Assembly (NCBI RefSeq): GCF_000012465.1
Contig: NC_007335.2
Span: 990,001 to 1,022,000 of the forward strand
Direction: 5' to 3'
DNA from: Prochlorococcus marinus str. NATL2A
GTDB lineage: Bacteria; Cyanobacteriota; Cyanobacteriia; PCC-6307; Cyanobiaceae
DNA: 32,000 bases
In this document: piece after piece, positions 7,384-15,592 of the stretch
Numbering within the stretch: the first letter of the stretch is position 1
Layout of the letters: each line of letters opens with the position of its first letter
Program-made: the position numbers and the translations under genes
The notes under the pieces: model-generated
The model's database searches: none
Told to the model about the DNA's origin: nothing
The model's input: only the letters and a program-made list of their open reading frames with translations

Positions 7384-7398
7384 ATCCCCATCACCCAG
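7384..7398. repeat. 15-nt direct repeat copy 2 (ATCCCCATCACCCAG)
   Basis: Exact match to 7239..7253. The flanks of the two copies are unrelated. Confidence 0.9.
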
Positions 7399-7699
7399 GC
7401 CCGTAGGACACCATACCTAGGGTCTTTTTTATTGGAAAAGCTTGTCTAGACCGATTTGATTATTATTAAGGTCATAGGAGCTGTGGAAAACTTTTTTGTT
7501 TAACTGAATTTGTCTTCAAGAAAAGCAGTCCATACCGAGATATTAAGAAAAGGTAGCTTATAAAGGTTTAAAAACGATTAATTGAAAAATCTCTCTCAAT
7601 TGAGTAAAAAGGTTCTAAATCTCCTAACGGAGAGGAGAAAGACAATTGCACTCATAAAAATGGAATCTATCGAATAAATACAGTTGAAATCCACACCAC

Positions 7700-8560
7700 A
7701 TGATTGATCTCAAAAGGAATAGCAAAAAAATACCAATTGAAGCAACAGGCCTTCGAAGCCGTAAGTCTTCTCTCTATGAGCCAAATCAAAAAGAAGATTT
7801 CAAAATCAGCAGAGGTCGGTTCTCTAATTTCCTCACTTGTCAAAGGTGTTTTTATCTCGATCGGGTGAGAGGTCTCGATCCTCCAGGGACACCAGGTTGG
7901 ACTCTCAATGAAACCACTGACCTATTACTCAAAAAAGAATTTGACTATTGCAGACAGAAACAGATTCCACACAGAATATTTGCATCTAATGGACTATCTC
8001 ATGTTGTTCCATTTGATCATCCTGAAATAGATAACTGGAGAAACTCTCTTAATCGAGGATTAATGCATCGTTACAAGGATACAGGAATAATTTTAACTGG
8101 TGGTGTAGACGATATTTGGCAAGACACTATTACAGAGCAACTAATAATTGTGGATTACAAATCTCAAGCTAAAAACGGACGAGTTGATAAGAAAGATTAT
8201 TTAGATGATCCATTTCACGAGGCCTATAAAATTCAAATGGATTTTTATGCTTACTTGCTCTCCGGAATGGGTTTTAGTGTTCATCCAACGTCCTATTTTC
8301 TTGTTTGCAATGCAAAAAGGGATGAAGATGAATTTAATAAGACCATGCGTTTTGATGAATATCTTGTTCCCTACAAATGGAACAATGATTGGATAGAGAG
8401 TCGACTAGATGAAATGGTGGCACTAATGAATCAGCTAGAAGTTCCAGAATCAAATCATTCCTGTAAGAACTGCGCCTACGCAGATCAATATTCGAAAATA
8501 ATATTTTCAGGAAATACAAGTCAAAAAGAAATTACTCAAGGAACTTTGCCATTATTCTAA
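7700..8560 (+). CDS. PD-(D/E)XK nuclease superfamily protein, Cas4/RecB-like with four Cys
   Basis: Motifs GGVDDIW, IVDYKSQ (D-x-K) and QMDFYAYLL (QxxxY) are present. It also has an N-terminal CQRC and a C-terminal CKNC pair. Confidence 0.8.
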   Translation: MIDLKRNSKKIPIEATGLRSRKSSLYEPNQKEDFKISRGRFSNFLTCQRCFYLDRVRGLDPPGTPGWTLNETTDLLLKKEFDYCRQKQIPHRIFASNGLSHVVPFDHPEIDNWRNSLNRGLMHRYKDTGIILTGGVDDIWQDTITEQLIIVDYKSQAKNGRVDKKDYLDDPFHEAYKIQMDFYAYLLSGMGFSVHPTSYFLVCNAKRDEDEFNKTMRFDEYLVPYKWNNDWIESRLDEMVALMNQLEVPESNHSCKNCAYADQYSKIIFSGNTSQKEITQGTLPLF

Positions 8561-8616
8561 GAACGCTAATAATTTAAAAATGATTCTGACCATAAAGCCT
8601 CTAAAGAATTAATGGT

Positions 8617-9255
8617 ATGTGCGGAAGATACCAACTAATAAACGATTTTATAAATCTTCCTGATCTTTTAAAAAAAGATATGCCAAGAGGGTTGAGCCAA
8701 AAATATGAACCACAAGTATTAATCAAGCCAGGGTCTCCAATTCTTGTTCTAAAAAATGAAGGCAAGACACAAACATCAATAATGCTTTGGGGATTTATTT
8801 CTGAGTGGAGTAAAGACCCTTTCGACAACACAAGACCAAAACCATTTAATGCTAGATCCGAAAGTGTCGAAGAAAAGAAACTTTTTCGTGCAAGTTGGAA
8901 GCATAAGAGATGTTTAATACCAGCAAGCGGATTTTTAGAAAAAGGTCACCTAATACGTAGAAAAGATTCTCAAACTTTTTGGTTAGCTGGACTTTGGAAT
9001 AGATGGATGTCTCAAGAAGGAAGTGAACTAGAAAGTTGTTGTGTTCTAACAACCGAACCAAATGAATTAGTAAAACAATTTCATAACCGTATGCCAGTAA
9101 TTATTCCAAATGGACTTGAAGAAGAATGGATAGCTTCAGTGAAAAACGCTCAAGACCTGAAAGCTTTAAAACCACTTATGACTAAATGGGACCCAGAAGA
9201 ATGGGAAGCCGAGCCAATAAACAAACCTAATGCCAATCAATTGTCGTTCCTATGA
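8617..9255 (+). CDS. SOS response-associated peptidase (SRAP/YedK-type, abasic-site processing)
   Basis: It begins MCGRY (catalytic Cys2 hallmark). At 212 aa the length is typical, and conserved-looking PVI and ARSE segments are present. Confidence 0.9.
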   Translation: MCGRYQLINDFINLPDLLKKDMPRGLSQKYEPQVLIKPGSPILVLKNEGKTQTSIMLWGFISEWSKDPFDNTRPKPFNARSESVEEKKLFRASWKHKRCLIPASGFLEKGHLIRRKDSQTFWLAGLWNRWMSQEGSELESCCVLTTEPNELVKQFHNRMPVIIPNGLEEEWIASVKNAQDLKALKPLMTKWDPEEWEAEPINKPNANQLSFL

Positions 9256-9272
9256 AATAAAGACAAAAAGAA

Positions 9273-9290
9273 AGGGCTTATTTAAGCCCT
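9273..9290. terminator. hairpin between convergent genes (AGGGCTTA/TAAGCCCT)
   Basis: Inverted repeat lying between the stop of 8617..9255 (+) and the stop of 9318..9491 (-), flanked by A-rich and T-containing sequence. Confidence 0.55.
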
Positions 9291-9317
9291 AGAGACAGTT
9301 GTACAAGAATCACTAAA

Positions 9318-9491
9318 TCAGTGATCGTGATGCACTTCAGCCGAACTAGGCATTTCATGGGCAGAAGACAATCTCTTCAATGATTGAGATCCACAAATAG
9401 CAGACAGCGCGATCACAACCAAGGATGCAGTGCTTAACAATTGAAGAACTATCGGGAGATGTGAATTAATTCGTTCTCTAAAAGTAGTCAT
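9318..9491 (-). CDS. small membrane protein with His-rich C-terminus, 57 aa
   Basis: Hand-translated: MTTFRERINSHLPIVLQLLSTASLVVIALSAICGSQSLKRLSSAHEMPSSAEVHHDH. Confidence 0.45.
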   Translation of the reverse strand: MTTFRERINSHLPIVLQLLSTASLVVIALSAICGSQSLKRLSSAHEMPSSAEVHHDH

Positions 9492-9862
9492 TTGGGAAGT
9501 TAATTAACACTCCATTCAAGCAAAAAGAATAAGCACCGTCCATAGCATGAGTATTCTGACTTAAATAGCTAAAAGCAAAAAAATAAGCATAAATAAATTT
9601 AGTCCAACTGTTATGAGTGATGTACTTGGTTTAAATTCTTTAACCAAAACTAAGGACTCAAGCTTTTAATAATTTCTAATTATGACCTGAAAATTTAAAA
9701 GTCTCACAAAATACATAATGAAAATTAAATATTGAAAGGAAACACATGAATAAAAAAATGTAGAATTAATCAACGTATTAACTCAAAACTTCTCATGGCT
9801 GAAAAAATAATAAAGGCTAAAACCACTCGACGTCGGATATCTGATTAAGATTATCCAAATAA

Positions 9863-10366
9863 ATGGACGAAAAAAGAATGGAACTTCCTTCTCTAGACAA
9901 ACTTAAAGAATTAGAAAAAAGCGCAAGAATAGAAGGGAGTGGAATTGAATTTGACTCTCTATTAGGACTATGGAAATTTAATTCAGTATGGAAACAGGGA
10001 TCAGATACAGAAGACTCAATTTCAAGCACTTTGCTACAGGTTCTTTCAGCGAGCCTAGAGTTGAAGAAGGATACACAGAATCCAGAAGAAGAGAAGTTTA
10101 CTATTGCCAACGCAATTAGATTTGGATTGCTAACTCTGAGATTTAGTGGGTACGCAAATTTAGAAAGGAAGCAGCCATTATTACCATTTACTTTCGATTG
10201 CATTCAAATAAAAGTAGCTTCATTGACTATCTTAAAGAGATCTTTACCGACACCGGATCATAAGAAGAGACCATTTTTCGCACTAATAGCGATCGATCCA
10301 AAAGGTAAATGGTTGTCAGCAAGAGGTAAGGGCGGAGGACTCGCTCTATGGATACAAGATAAATAA
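9863..10366 (+). CDS. conserved hypothetical protein, 167 aa
   Basis: Long clean ORF with balanced composition and a terminator hairpin immediately downstream. Antisense ORF 9817..10203 has poor composition. Confidence 0.7.
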   Translation: MDEKRMELPSLDKLKELEKSARIEGSGIEFDSLLGLWKFNSVWKQGSDTEDSISSTLLQVLSASLELKKDTQNPEEEKFTIANAIRFGLLTLRFSGYANLERKQPLLPFTFDCIQIKVASLTILKRSLPTPDHKKRPFFALIAIDPKGKWLSARGKGGGLALWIQDK

Positions 10367-10370
10367 ACAA

Positions 10371-10407
10371 AAAACATATTATCCAAGGTTATTGAATAAT
10401 ATGTTTT
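10371..10407 (+). terminator. terminator hairpin after 9863..10366
   Basis: Perfect 12-bp stem AAAACATATTAT / ATAATATGTTTT with a 13-nt loop. The 3' arm ends in TTTT. Confidence 0.6.
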
Positions 10408-10483
10408 CAGAATATTTTTTCAAAAGGTAAGATTCCTACCCAGATATTAGTAATTTGAAAAATGTCAGTTAAACGTAAGGACA

Positions 10484-10681
10484 TTAAACTATGACTTTAT
10501 TTCTGAGTGAAATCCTATCAATGGAATTTGGATGCTCACGAACAAATTTGTTGAACTCAATTGCTAGTTGCCTAGCTTCAAAAGCATCGATAGCATAAAA
10601 TCCTAACTCATGTCTGTTATTAGCTAAATCTCGGTAGCTAACTGCATATCGTTTGCAGGATGTAATTGGTCTTGAAGGCAT
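10484..10681 (-). CDS. small hypothetical protein, 65 aa
   Basis: ORF with a mixed alpha/beta-like sequence (YAVSYRDLANNRHELGFYAIDAFEARQLAIEFNKFV). No competing ORF. Confidence 0.55.
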   Translation of the reverse strand: MPSRPITSCKRYAVSYRDLANNRHELGFYAIDAFEARQLAIEFNKFVREHPNSIDRISLRNKVIV

Positions 10682-11045
10682 TTTTCCTTAAACTCGATGC
10701 CACAATCTTAGAAATAAGTAAATAGGGCTGAAAGAAATCTACCGAACAATTTTTGCATAGGTAACCGAATCTAAATCAGTTAAAGATTTTGATTTATTAG
10801 ATCTTAATGAATATCCAAAGAAAGTTCTTAATGCATATAATTACAAGAAAATGTAACTTAAACTACTTTTTATATACTTTAAATTAATTTTAAAAGACTA
10901 AAAAGAACGAAGCCCTAAAAAGTCAATTATTAGAAAAACTAATTACATAAATAATTTTTCCTAAATAGATTTGGTATTTCTCCCTACATACAATCAGTGA
11001 GTAAATAGGTAACTTTAAAAAAATTATTTTAGTTTAATTAAAGTC

Positions 11046-11126
11046 ATGACTTTAGATACTTATAAAGCGATTGTAAAAGCATCAGAGCAAGGGAATTTAT
11101 GGGGACTTAAGCGTACTGATTACTAA
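11046..11126 (+). CDS. tiny ORF, 26 aa (speculative)
   Basis: MTLDTYKAIVKASEQGNLWGLKRTDY. Its stop lies 2 nt before the next ATG. Confidence 0.2.
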   Translation: MTLDTYKAIVKASEQGNLWGLKRTDY

Positions 11127-11128
11127 CT

Positions 11129-11254
11129 ATGTTTAAATTCACCAAATTTAAGTTTATTCAGCTACTTATATTGTGGAATCTCCCGATTCTAATTTTGTTT
11201 ATCGGAATAATATCAATTCCCATAGAGATATCTAATTCAACATCAATTTTATAA
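11129..11254 (+). CDS. tiny hydrophobic ORF, 41 aa (speculative)
   Basis: MFKFTKFKFIQLLILWNLPILILFIGIISIPIEISNSTSIL. It follows 11046..11126 closely. Confidence 0.25.
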   Translation: MFKFTKFKFIQLLILWNLPILILFIGIISIPIEISNSTSIL

Positions 11255-11433
11255 AAAAGAAATATCACTACTTAAAAAGCAAAAAGTTACTTTTAATTAT
11301 AGAAAGCTTAATCAATAAGGGTAATCATGAAAATTTAAATAGCTAAAGCTATTAATAGACTTGAATGGTTGATAATAATCAAAGTCTGGAAAAAGTATCT
11401 GGTTATATCTTAAGTACGGGGCAAGTATTCTTA

Positions 11434-11745
11434 TTAAGCAGCTTTAAACTGCACATTGCTGTTGTCAGTCCAAGTCCAAGCAGATTTCTCCATTGTAGAT
11501 AGATCAACTCTGTGGCTCGCCATCCAGTCACCATTTGCTTCAACAAATTTCTCAATGTTTCCCTCTGGGTGCTGATGGATAACAATGATTTTTTGAGGGT
11601 CATCATCACTGCAGCCTCTGTACAAAGGCTGAATATTAAACTCTCTATGCCTTCTGGTAGCTTCTTTGCTGTCGAAAATTGCAGCCCACTCATCAAAGGT
11701 GCTTTCAACCTTAAAAGTAAAAACTGAAGTAACAGTAGAAGACAT
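11434..11745 (-). CDS. small alpha+beta hypothetical protein, family B (DUF3764-like by recollection)
   Basis: 103 aa and paralogous to 26049..26345 (F.FK...TF.E........F.E......Y.G.S.......V....PE....F). Overlapping ORFs 11403..11828 and 11512..11727 are rejected. Confidence 0.7.
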   Translation of the reverse strand: MSSTVTSVFTFKVESTFDEWAAIFDSKEATRRHREFNIQPLYRGCSDDDPQKIIVIHQHPEGNIEKFVEANGDWMASHRVDLSTMEKSAWTWTDNSNVQFKAA

Positions 11746-11849
11746 CGATGATTTTTAATATGAGTAAACAATACCCAAACAAAACAAAACTGACTAATAG
11801 TTGTGGTAAAAACTAGATATAAAAGCAAAAGTTCTGCTAGAAATAGCTA

Positions 11850-12071
11850 ATGCAGATACCAAGAAAAATCCTCAAACGAATCATCAACTTGATTGTTGTT
11901 CTAATCGTTGCAATTGTTGGGTTCATCAAAGTAAAACACCCATTTAGCTATTTAGTTGGAGTCCCTGTTGCTAGTTGGGTCGTTTATCTTTTATGCAACG
12001 CAATGTGCACAGATATTCTTTTTGGAGAAACATTAGGCTGTTCAGAAAAAAGTATTTACAAGGAGAAATAA
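11850..12071 (+). CDS. small two-TM membrane protein, 73 aa
   Basis: Contains the hydrophobic helices IINLIVVLIVAIVGFI and LVGVPVASWVVYLLC. Confidence 0.5.
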   Translation: MQIPRKILKRIINLIVVLIVAIVGFIKVKHPFSYLVGVPVASWVVYLLCNAMCTDILFGETLGCSEKSIYKEK

Positions 12072-12230
12072 GCTAGCTTACAAATTAAAAAATTCTCAAC
12101 CAGAGAATAACCCTTTATATCCAGATTATTGGTAGTACTTACAAAGATAAACCTACGTTAAAATAAAGAAATAAATCAATAAAACCACTATTAACTACAT
12201 AGCAAGACTAATGTTATTTGCTTTACTCAG

Positions 12231-13148
12231 TTGGAAATAATCCTTCTTTTATCTGAATTAATACCATGTCTTTTAATAGGCTATTTACTCGGGCGATTTA
12301 AAGAAAATTTATCTCTAACGATTTCTCGTCCACTAATTAGCTATGGAATTCCTATCAGCTTGATGGGGATATTACTTAAGTCTGGACTAGAATTGCCCTT
12401 AATAGAATCTGCTGCATTAGCATTGGTAGCTATTGGCTTTTTAATGACTATATTAAATCGCCTTCCTAGTGTAAATAACCTTATACAAAACAGAACGCTT
12501 CAATTAGGGAGCGCATTTGGAAATACAGGGTATTTTGGAATACCAGTTTCACTAGCACTGCTTCCCGATCATGCTTTGATCTACAGCATTGGATTTGACC
12601 TCGGTGCGACATTAGTGATTTGGAGTCTCGGACCAATACTGTTAACAGATCCTTCAAAAGTTTTAAGTTCTAATAGATATTGGAAGAATTTCATAAAAGG
12701 AATATTTAGCAGTCCTGCTGTTAAAGGATTAATTGGCGCGTTAATTATTCATTCATCTCCATGGGATGAACAAATAACATACTTACTATGGATTCCATCA
12801 AGAGTTGTAATTGTTCTAGCACTGGTAATCGTTGGAATGCGTCTAAGTTGGCTAAGGAAAGCCAATCTTTCAAGAATAAAAAACCAAATAACATCCATAA
12901 AAAATGCATTAATCATGAAACTGGTTGGATTGCCAGTCATTATGTTGATCATTTCCTCAGTAATAAGATTACCCAGCGTCATGCGAGAGGCCTTAGTACT
13001 GCAAGCAGCTGCGCCAACAGCAATATCTATCTTATTAATCTCCCAAGCAGCCTCAAGAGATGAAAAGGAAGCAACCTCTCTTGTTGTTTTTAGTACGATC
13101 ACCGCACTCATATCAATCCCAGCTTGGTTGTTGATTTTAAGATTGTAA
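12231..13148 (+). CDS. AEC (auxin efflux carrier) family permease
   Basis: 305 aa and about 10 hydrophobic helices. It has the GNTGYFGIP motif and a two-domain layout with a central loop. TTG start. Confidence 0.85.
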   Translation: MEIILLLSELIPCLLIGYLLGRFKENLSLTISRPLISYGIPISLMGILLKSGLELPLIESAALALVAIGFLMTILNRLPSVNNLIQNRTLQLGSAFGNTGYFGIPVSLALLPDHALIYSIGFDLGATLVIWSLGPILLTDPSKVLSSNRYWKNFIKGIFSSPAVKGLIGALIIHSSPWDEQITYLLWIPSRVVIVLALVIVGMRLSWLRKANLSRIKNQITSIKNALIMKLVGLPVIMLIISSVIRLPSVMREALVLQAAAPTAISILLISQAASRDEKEATSLVVFSTITALISIPAWLLILRL

Positions 13149-13211
13149 AAAGTTAACAACTATCGCCTTTTAACTCAGTCGGTCTAAGTTGTAAGAAATA
13201 CATTTTTTTTA

Positions 13212-13412
13212 ATGACCTCAGCTACAGCAACAAAGGCAACAACAAAAAGAGCAGCGGCAGTAAAATCATCAGCAGTAAAGTCTCAATCAATTTATTCATC
13301 AACTCAATCTAGATTTGCCAGTTCAAAGTTAATACAAAACCTAGGTTCATCTAATAATGGGGTTCAATTCGATTTTTCAAGTGACTTAAGAACTGCATTT
13401 GGAAGGGACTAA
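13212..13412 (+). CDS. small Ser/Ala/Thr/Lys-rich hypothetical protein
   Basis: 66-aa ORF with a low-complexity N-terminus (TSATATKATTKRAAAVKSSAVKS). Confidence 0.4.
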   Translation: MTSATATKATTKRAAAVKSSAVKSQSIYSSTQSRFASSKLIQNLGSSNNGVQFDFSSDLRTAFGRD

Positions 13413-13418
13413 AAGAAC

Positions 13419-13514
13419 ATGGACCTCTTAAAAACACTTTTTACAGTCGTCATATGCCTTGGTATTGGATGGGCAATCTCTAAAGGGATCATGTTTGGTT
13501 TAACTCATATTTAA
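13419..13514 (+). CDS. tiny TM peptide, 31 aa (speculative)
   Basis: MDLLKTLFTVVICLGIGWAISKGIMFGLTHI. It starts 6 nt after the previous stop. Confidence 0.3.
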   Translation: MDLLKTLFTVVICLGIGWAISKGIMFGLTHI

Positions 13515-13674
13515 AGTACCTGATGAAGGTATTCCACAAATGACGAACTAGAAGTGATAGACAGTGCATGGATGTAAGTCAAAGTCGCATAAGAAAAAAA
13601 GAACAAACAACACCAACTGAAAAATATATTTCAAAGATGCATAACGTAATAGCAGACCATTACTGAGGAAATTA

Positions 13675-13869
13675 ATGGCTAATGATTGGGAACCAAAAGA
13701 AGAACAACACCAAGCTATTATTGCAAGGAGTCTAGAATTTATTTTTGATGAATTAGCTGAGTTACAAGAGGCTTTACACTGTCCAAATTCATTTATTGTT
13801 GAAATAGCCAATAAAGTAATATCAGAATATAAAACAAATCAAATCACCATTAGAAGAGATGAAGAATAA
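13675..13869 (+). CDS. small acidic helical hypothetical protein, 64 aa
   Basis: MANDWEPKEEQHQAIIARSLEFIFDELAELQEAL... Antisense ORF 13548..13811 has poor composition. Confidence 0.5.
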   Translation: MANDWEPKEEQHQAIIARSLEFIFDELAELQEALHCPNSFIVEIANKVISEYKTNQITIRRDEE

Positions 13870-13989
13870 ATGGAATTTCTACAATCACATGACTTAAACC
13901 AATGGGGTCTTTGGACTCCACTTATTGGAGGTATTCTTCTATACGTTGGTTTAAATATTAGAATCACTGAAGTTGATCCTAATGAGTAA
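13870..13989 (+). CDS. tiny TM peptide, 39 aa (speculative)
   Basis: The ATG directly abuts the previous TAA. Sequence: MEFLQSHDLNQWGLWTPLIGGILLYVGLNIRITEVDPNE. Confidence 0.35.
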   Translation: MEFLQSHDLNQWGLWTPLIGGILLYVGLNIRITEVDPNE

Positions 13990-14054
13990 TAAAAACATGA
14001 CAAATGAACTTGACTATAGAAAAACGTTAAATTTATAAAAAATTGTAGTTGGGG

Positions 14055-14246
14055 ATGAAGCAAGGAACTATTGAACTAATTCTTTTTGGAATAATTTTCT
14101 TGAGTCTTCAATTTTGGTGGATAAGGATGACCATTAAAAATGGTCGAACTGGAGAAGTAGATAAATGGGGGCAAAAAACAAGTTCCAAAAAACTAAATGA
14201 ATTAGAGAAAGCCAAGCAAGATTTAGAAAAACTTTTTCGATCTTAA
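14055..14246 (+). CDS. small single-TM protein, family F (WW[VI]R.T[LI]K.G motif)
   Basis: MKQGTIELILFGIIFLSLQFWWIRMTIKNGRTGE... followed by a K/E coiled tail. It directly precedes family A gene 14278..14559. I chose the ATG at 14055 over the TTG at 14049. Confidence 0.5.
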   Translation: MKQGTIELILFGIIFLSLQFWWIRMTIKNGRTGEVDKWGQKTSSKKLNELEKAKQDLEKLFRS

Positions 14247-14277
14247 TTTTTCTAGATCAATAACAACTTTTCAATTA

Positions 14278-14559
14278 ATGAACTATCAAATTCTGCTCGA
14301 AAGCTATGCGTCTGGTGAAGCTATTAGTAAAGACGAGTTATCATTGCTGGAATTAGAACTTGATTCTCAACTGGAATCTATTAAATTTTCTCGCACTCAG
14401 GGTTGCACTGAAAAAGCTCCTAAACACATTTGCGTAGTTGCTCAAGTATGTGAAGGTAGTAGTTGGATCACATGCTTGGCCTCAATATTAGATAAGTCTA
14501 ATCCACTCTCTCTAGGTAAGAAATCAAGAGGAGCAAAAGTCATTGATGCACTTCTATAA
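14278..14559 (+). CDS. small conserved hypothetical protein, family A (APKHIC...EGSSWIT...ILD..NP)
   Basis: 93 aa. It shares APKHIC, EGSSWIT, ILD and NP blocks with 2084..2365. Confidence 0.7.
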   Translation: MNYQILLESYASGEAISKDELSLLELELDSQLESIKFSRTQGCTEKAPKHICVVAQVCEGSSWITCLASILDKSNPLSLGKKSRGAKVIDALL

Positions 14560-14639
14560 AACAATTATTTAATGAATTAAACTAAGAGCAGCAATTTTCA
14601 ATCCATTTTCATCACTCAAATTATTATCAAAAGAATCGA

Positions 14640-14852
14640 ATGAACAATGATGAAAGTCGTGAAGAGAGAAAAAAACGTTTTAAGAGTCTTTCAAGTGAAG
14701 AAAGAAAAAAATTGATTAGGAAGAAATTAGAACTACAAGGTTTAACAGAGGGAAGCGGTGTGAGAGAAGAGGATCAATCATCTTATGACAAGGAAGAAAT
14801 GATAGATTTAATCCTATTAACAAGATGTTTTCAAAAGAATAAATTTCAATAA
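14640..14852 (+). CDS. small highly charged hypothetical protein, 70 aa
   Basis: Repeated EERKK segments (REERKKRFKSLSSEERKKLIRKK). Confidence 0.45.
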   Translation: MNNDESREERKKRFKSLSSEERKKLIRKKLELQGLTEGSGVREEDQSSYDKEEMIDLILLTRCFQKNKFQ

Positions 14853-14903
14853 CTGATCCAGGCAAAATTTGTTTTAAGAAGTTAGTTCCTGCAAAATGGA
14901 TAT

Positions 14904-15107
14904 ATGGATAAACCTATTAAAAAAAAGAAAATTACCTTTGGAAGGTTTGCAGTACGTACTCTTGCTATTTCTGCAAGTACTCTAGCGCTATTTGATTTTC
15001 TAAAAGGAGAATATCAAGCTGGATGGCTCCTAGCACTTGGATGGTTAACAATCGTGATCGGGGAGAACAGGATGTTTAATGGTGAAAAGACAAATGAAGA
15101 AACCTAA
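14904..15107 (+). CDS. small two-TM membrane protein, 67 aa
   Basis: Contains FAVRTLAISASTLALFDFL and WLLALGWLTIVIG. Confidence 0.5.
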   Translation: MDKPIKKKKITFGRFAVRTLAISASTLALFDFLKGEYQAGWLLALGWLTIVIGENRMFNGEKTNEET

Positions 15108-15244
15108 GAGAACGATCAACTGTTAACTATCAATAAATACATCTATAAAATTCATTCAGTTTTTACTCCCTATGCCACCATAAAAAAGAAACCAGTATAT
15201 GAATCTTTCAATATTTAGACATTTTATTTCAACCAATTAGTTCT

Positions 15245-15505
15245 ATGAATGAAACCCAGAAAAATAAAAACTTTAATTTAACTGAAATGAAGTTCAAGTT
15301 TAATGATCTATTTACTGGGATTGCTTTGCTGTTGTGTGCATTTTTATGTGCGTTTAGCCTTGCACTAATTGCAATAAGATTAGGCCCAATAGCTAAATGG
15401 GCTAATTATCAAACTATTTGTGTAGAACAAGAAAGTTTAAAATCCCCAACAGAGTGGGCTGTACGTAAATGTAATGGAAGGTCAAAAGTTTATCAAGTGA
15501 AGTGA
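15245..15505 (+). CDS. N-terminally anchored protein with an extracytoplasmic Cys pair, 86 aa
   Basis: TM (IALLLCAFLCAFSLALIAI) followed by a soluble domain with C..C (ICVEQ...RKCNG). Confidence 0.55.
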   Translation: MNETQKNKNFNLTEMKFKFNDLFTGIALLLCAFLCAFSLALIAIRLGPIAKWANYQTICVEQESLKSPTEWAVRKCNGRSKVYQVK

Positions 15506-15592
15506 GAGCAATTCAATTAAAGTTGAATTAGAAGTTTTCACCAATCAGATATTCACGTTTTTCTGAACAAGCAATAACACAAAATTAATTAT

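Noticed and set aside
8205-9061. Internal or antisense ORFs 8205..8396, 8334..8519, 8601..8831 and 8852..9061
   Set aside because: They are embedded in the confidently recognised PD-(D/E)XK and SRAP genes.
9817-10203. 128-aa minus-strand ORF
   Set aside because: It is antisense to the longer and better-composed 9863..10366, which has its own terminator.
11403-11828. 141-aa minus ORF and 11512..11727 plus ORF
   Set aside because: They overlap family B gene 11434..11745, which has a paralog in the window. Their sequences are Leu-rich frame artefacts.
12749-13159. ORFs 12749..13159 (-) and 12788..13063 (+)
   Set aside because: They lie inside the AEC permease gene.
13548-14063. Minus-strand ORFs 13548..13811 and 13839..14063
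   Set aside because: They have antisense-type composition and overlap better plus-strand mini-ORFs.
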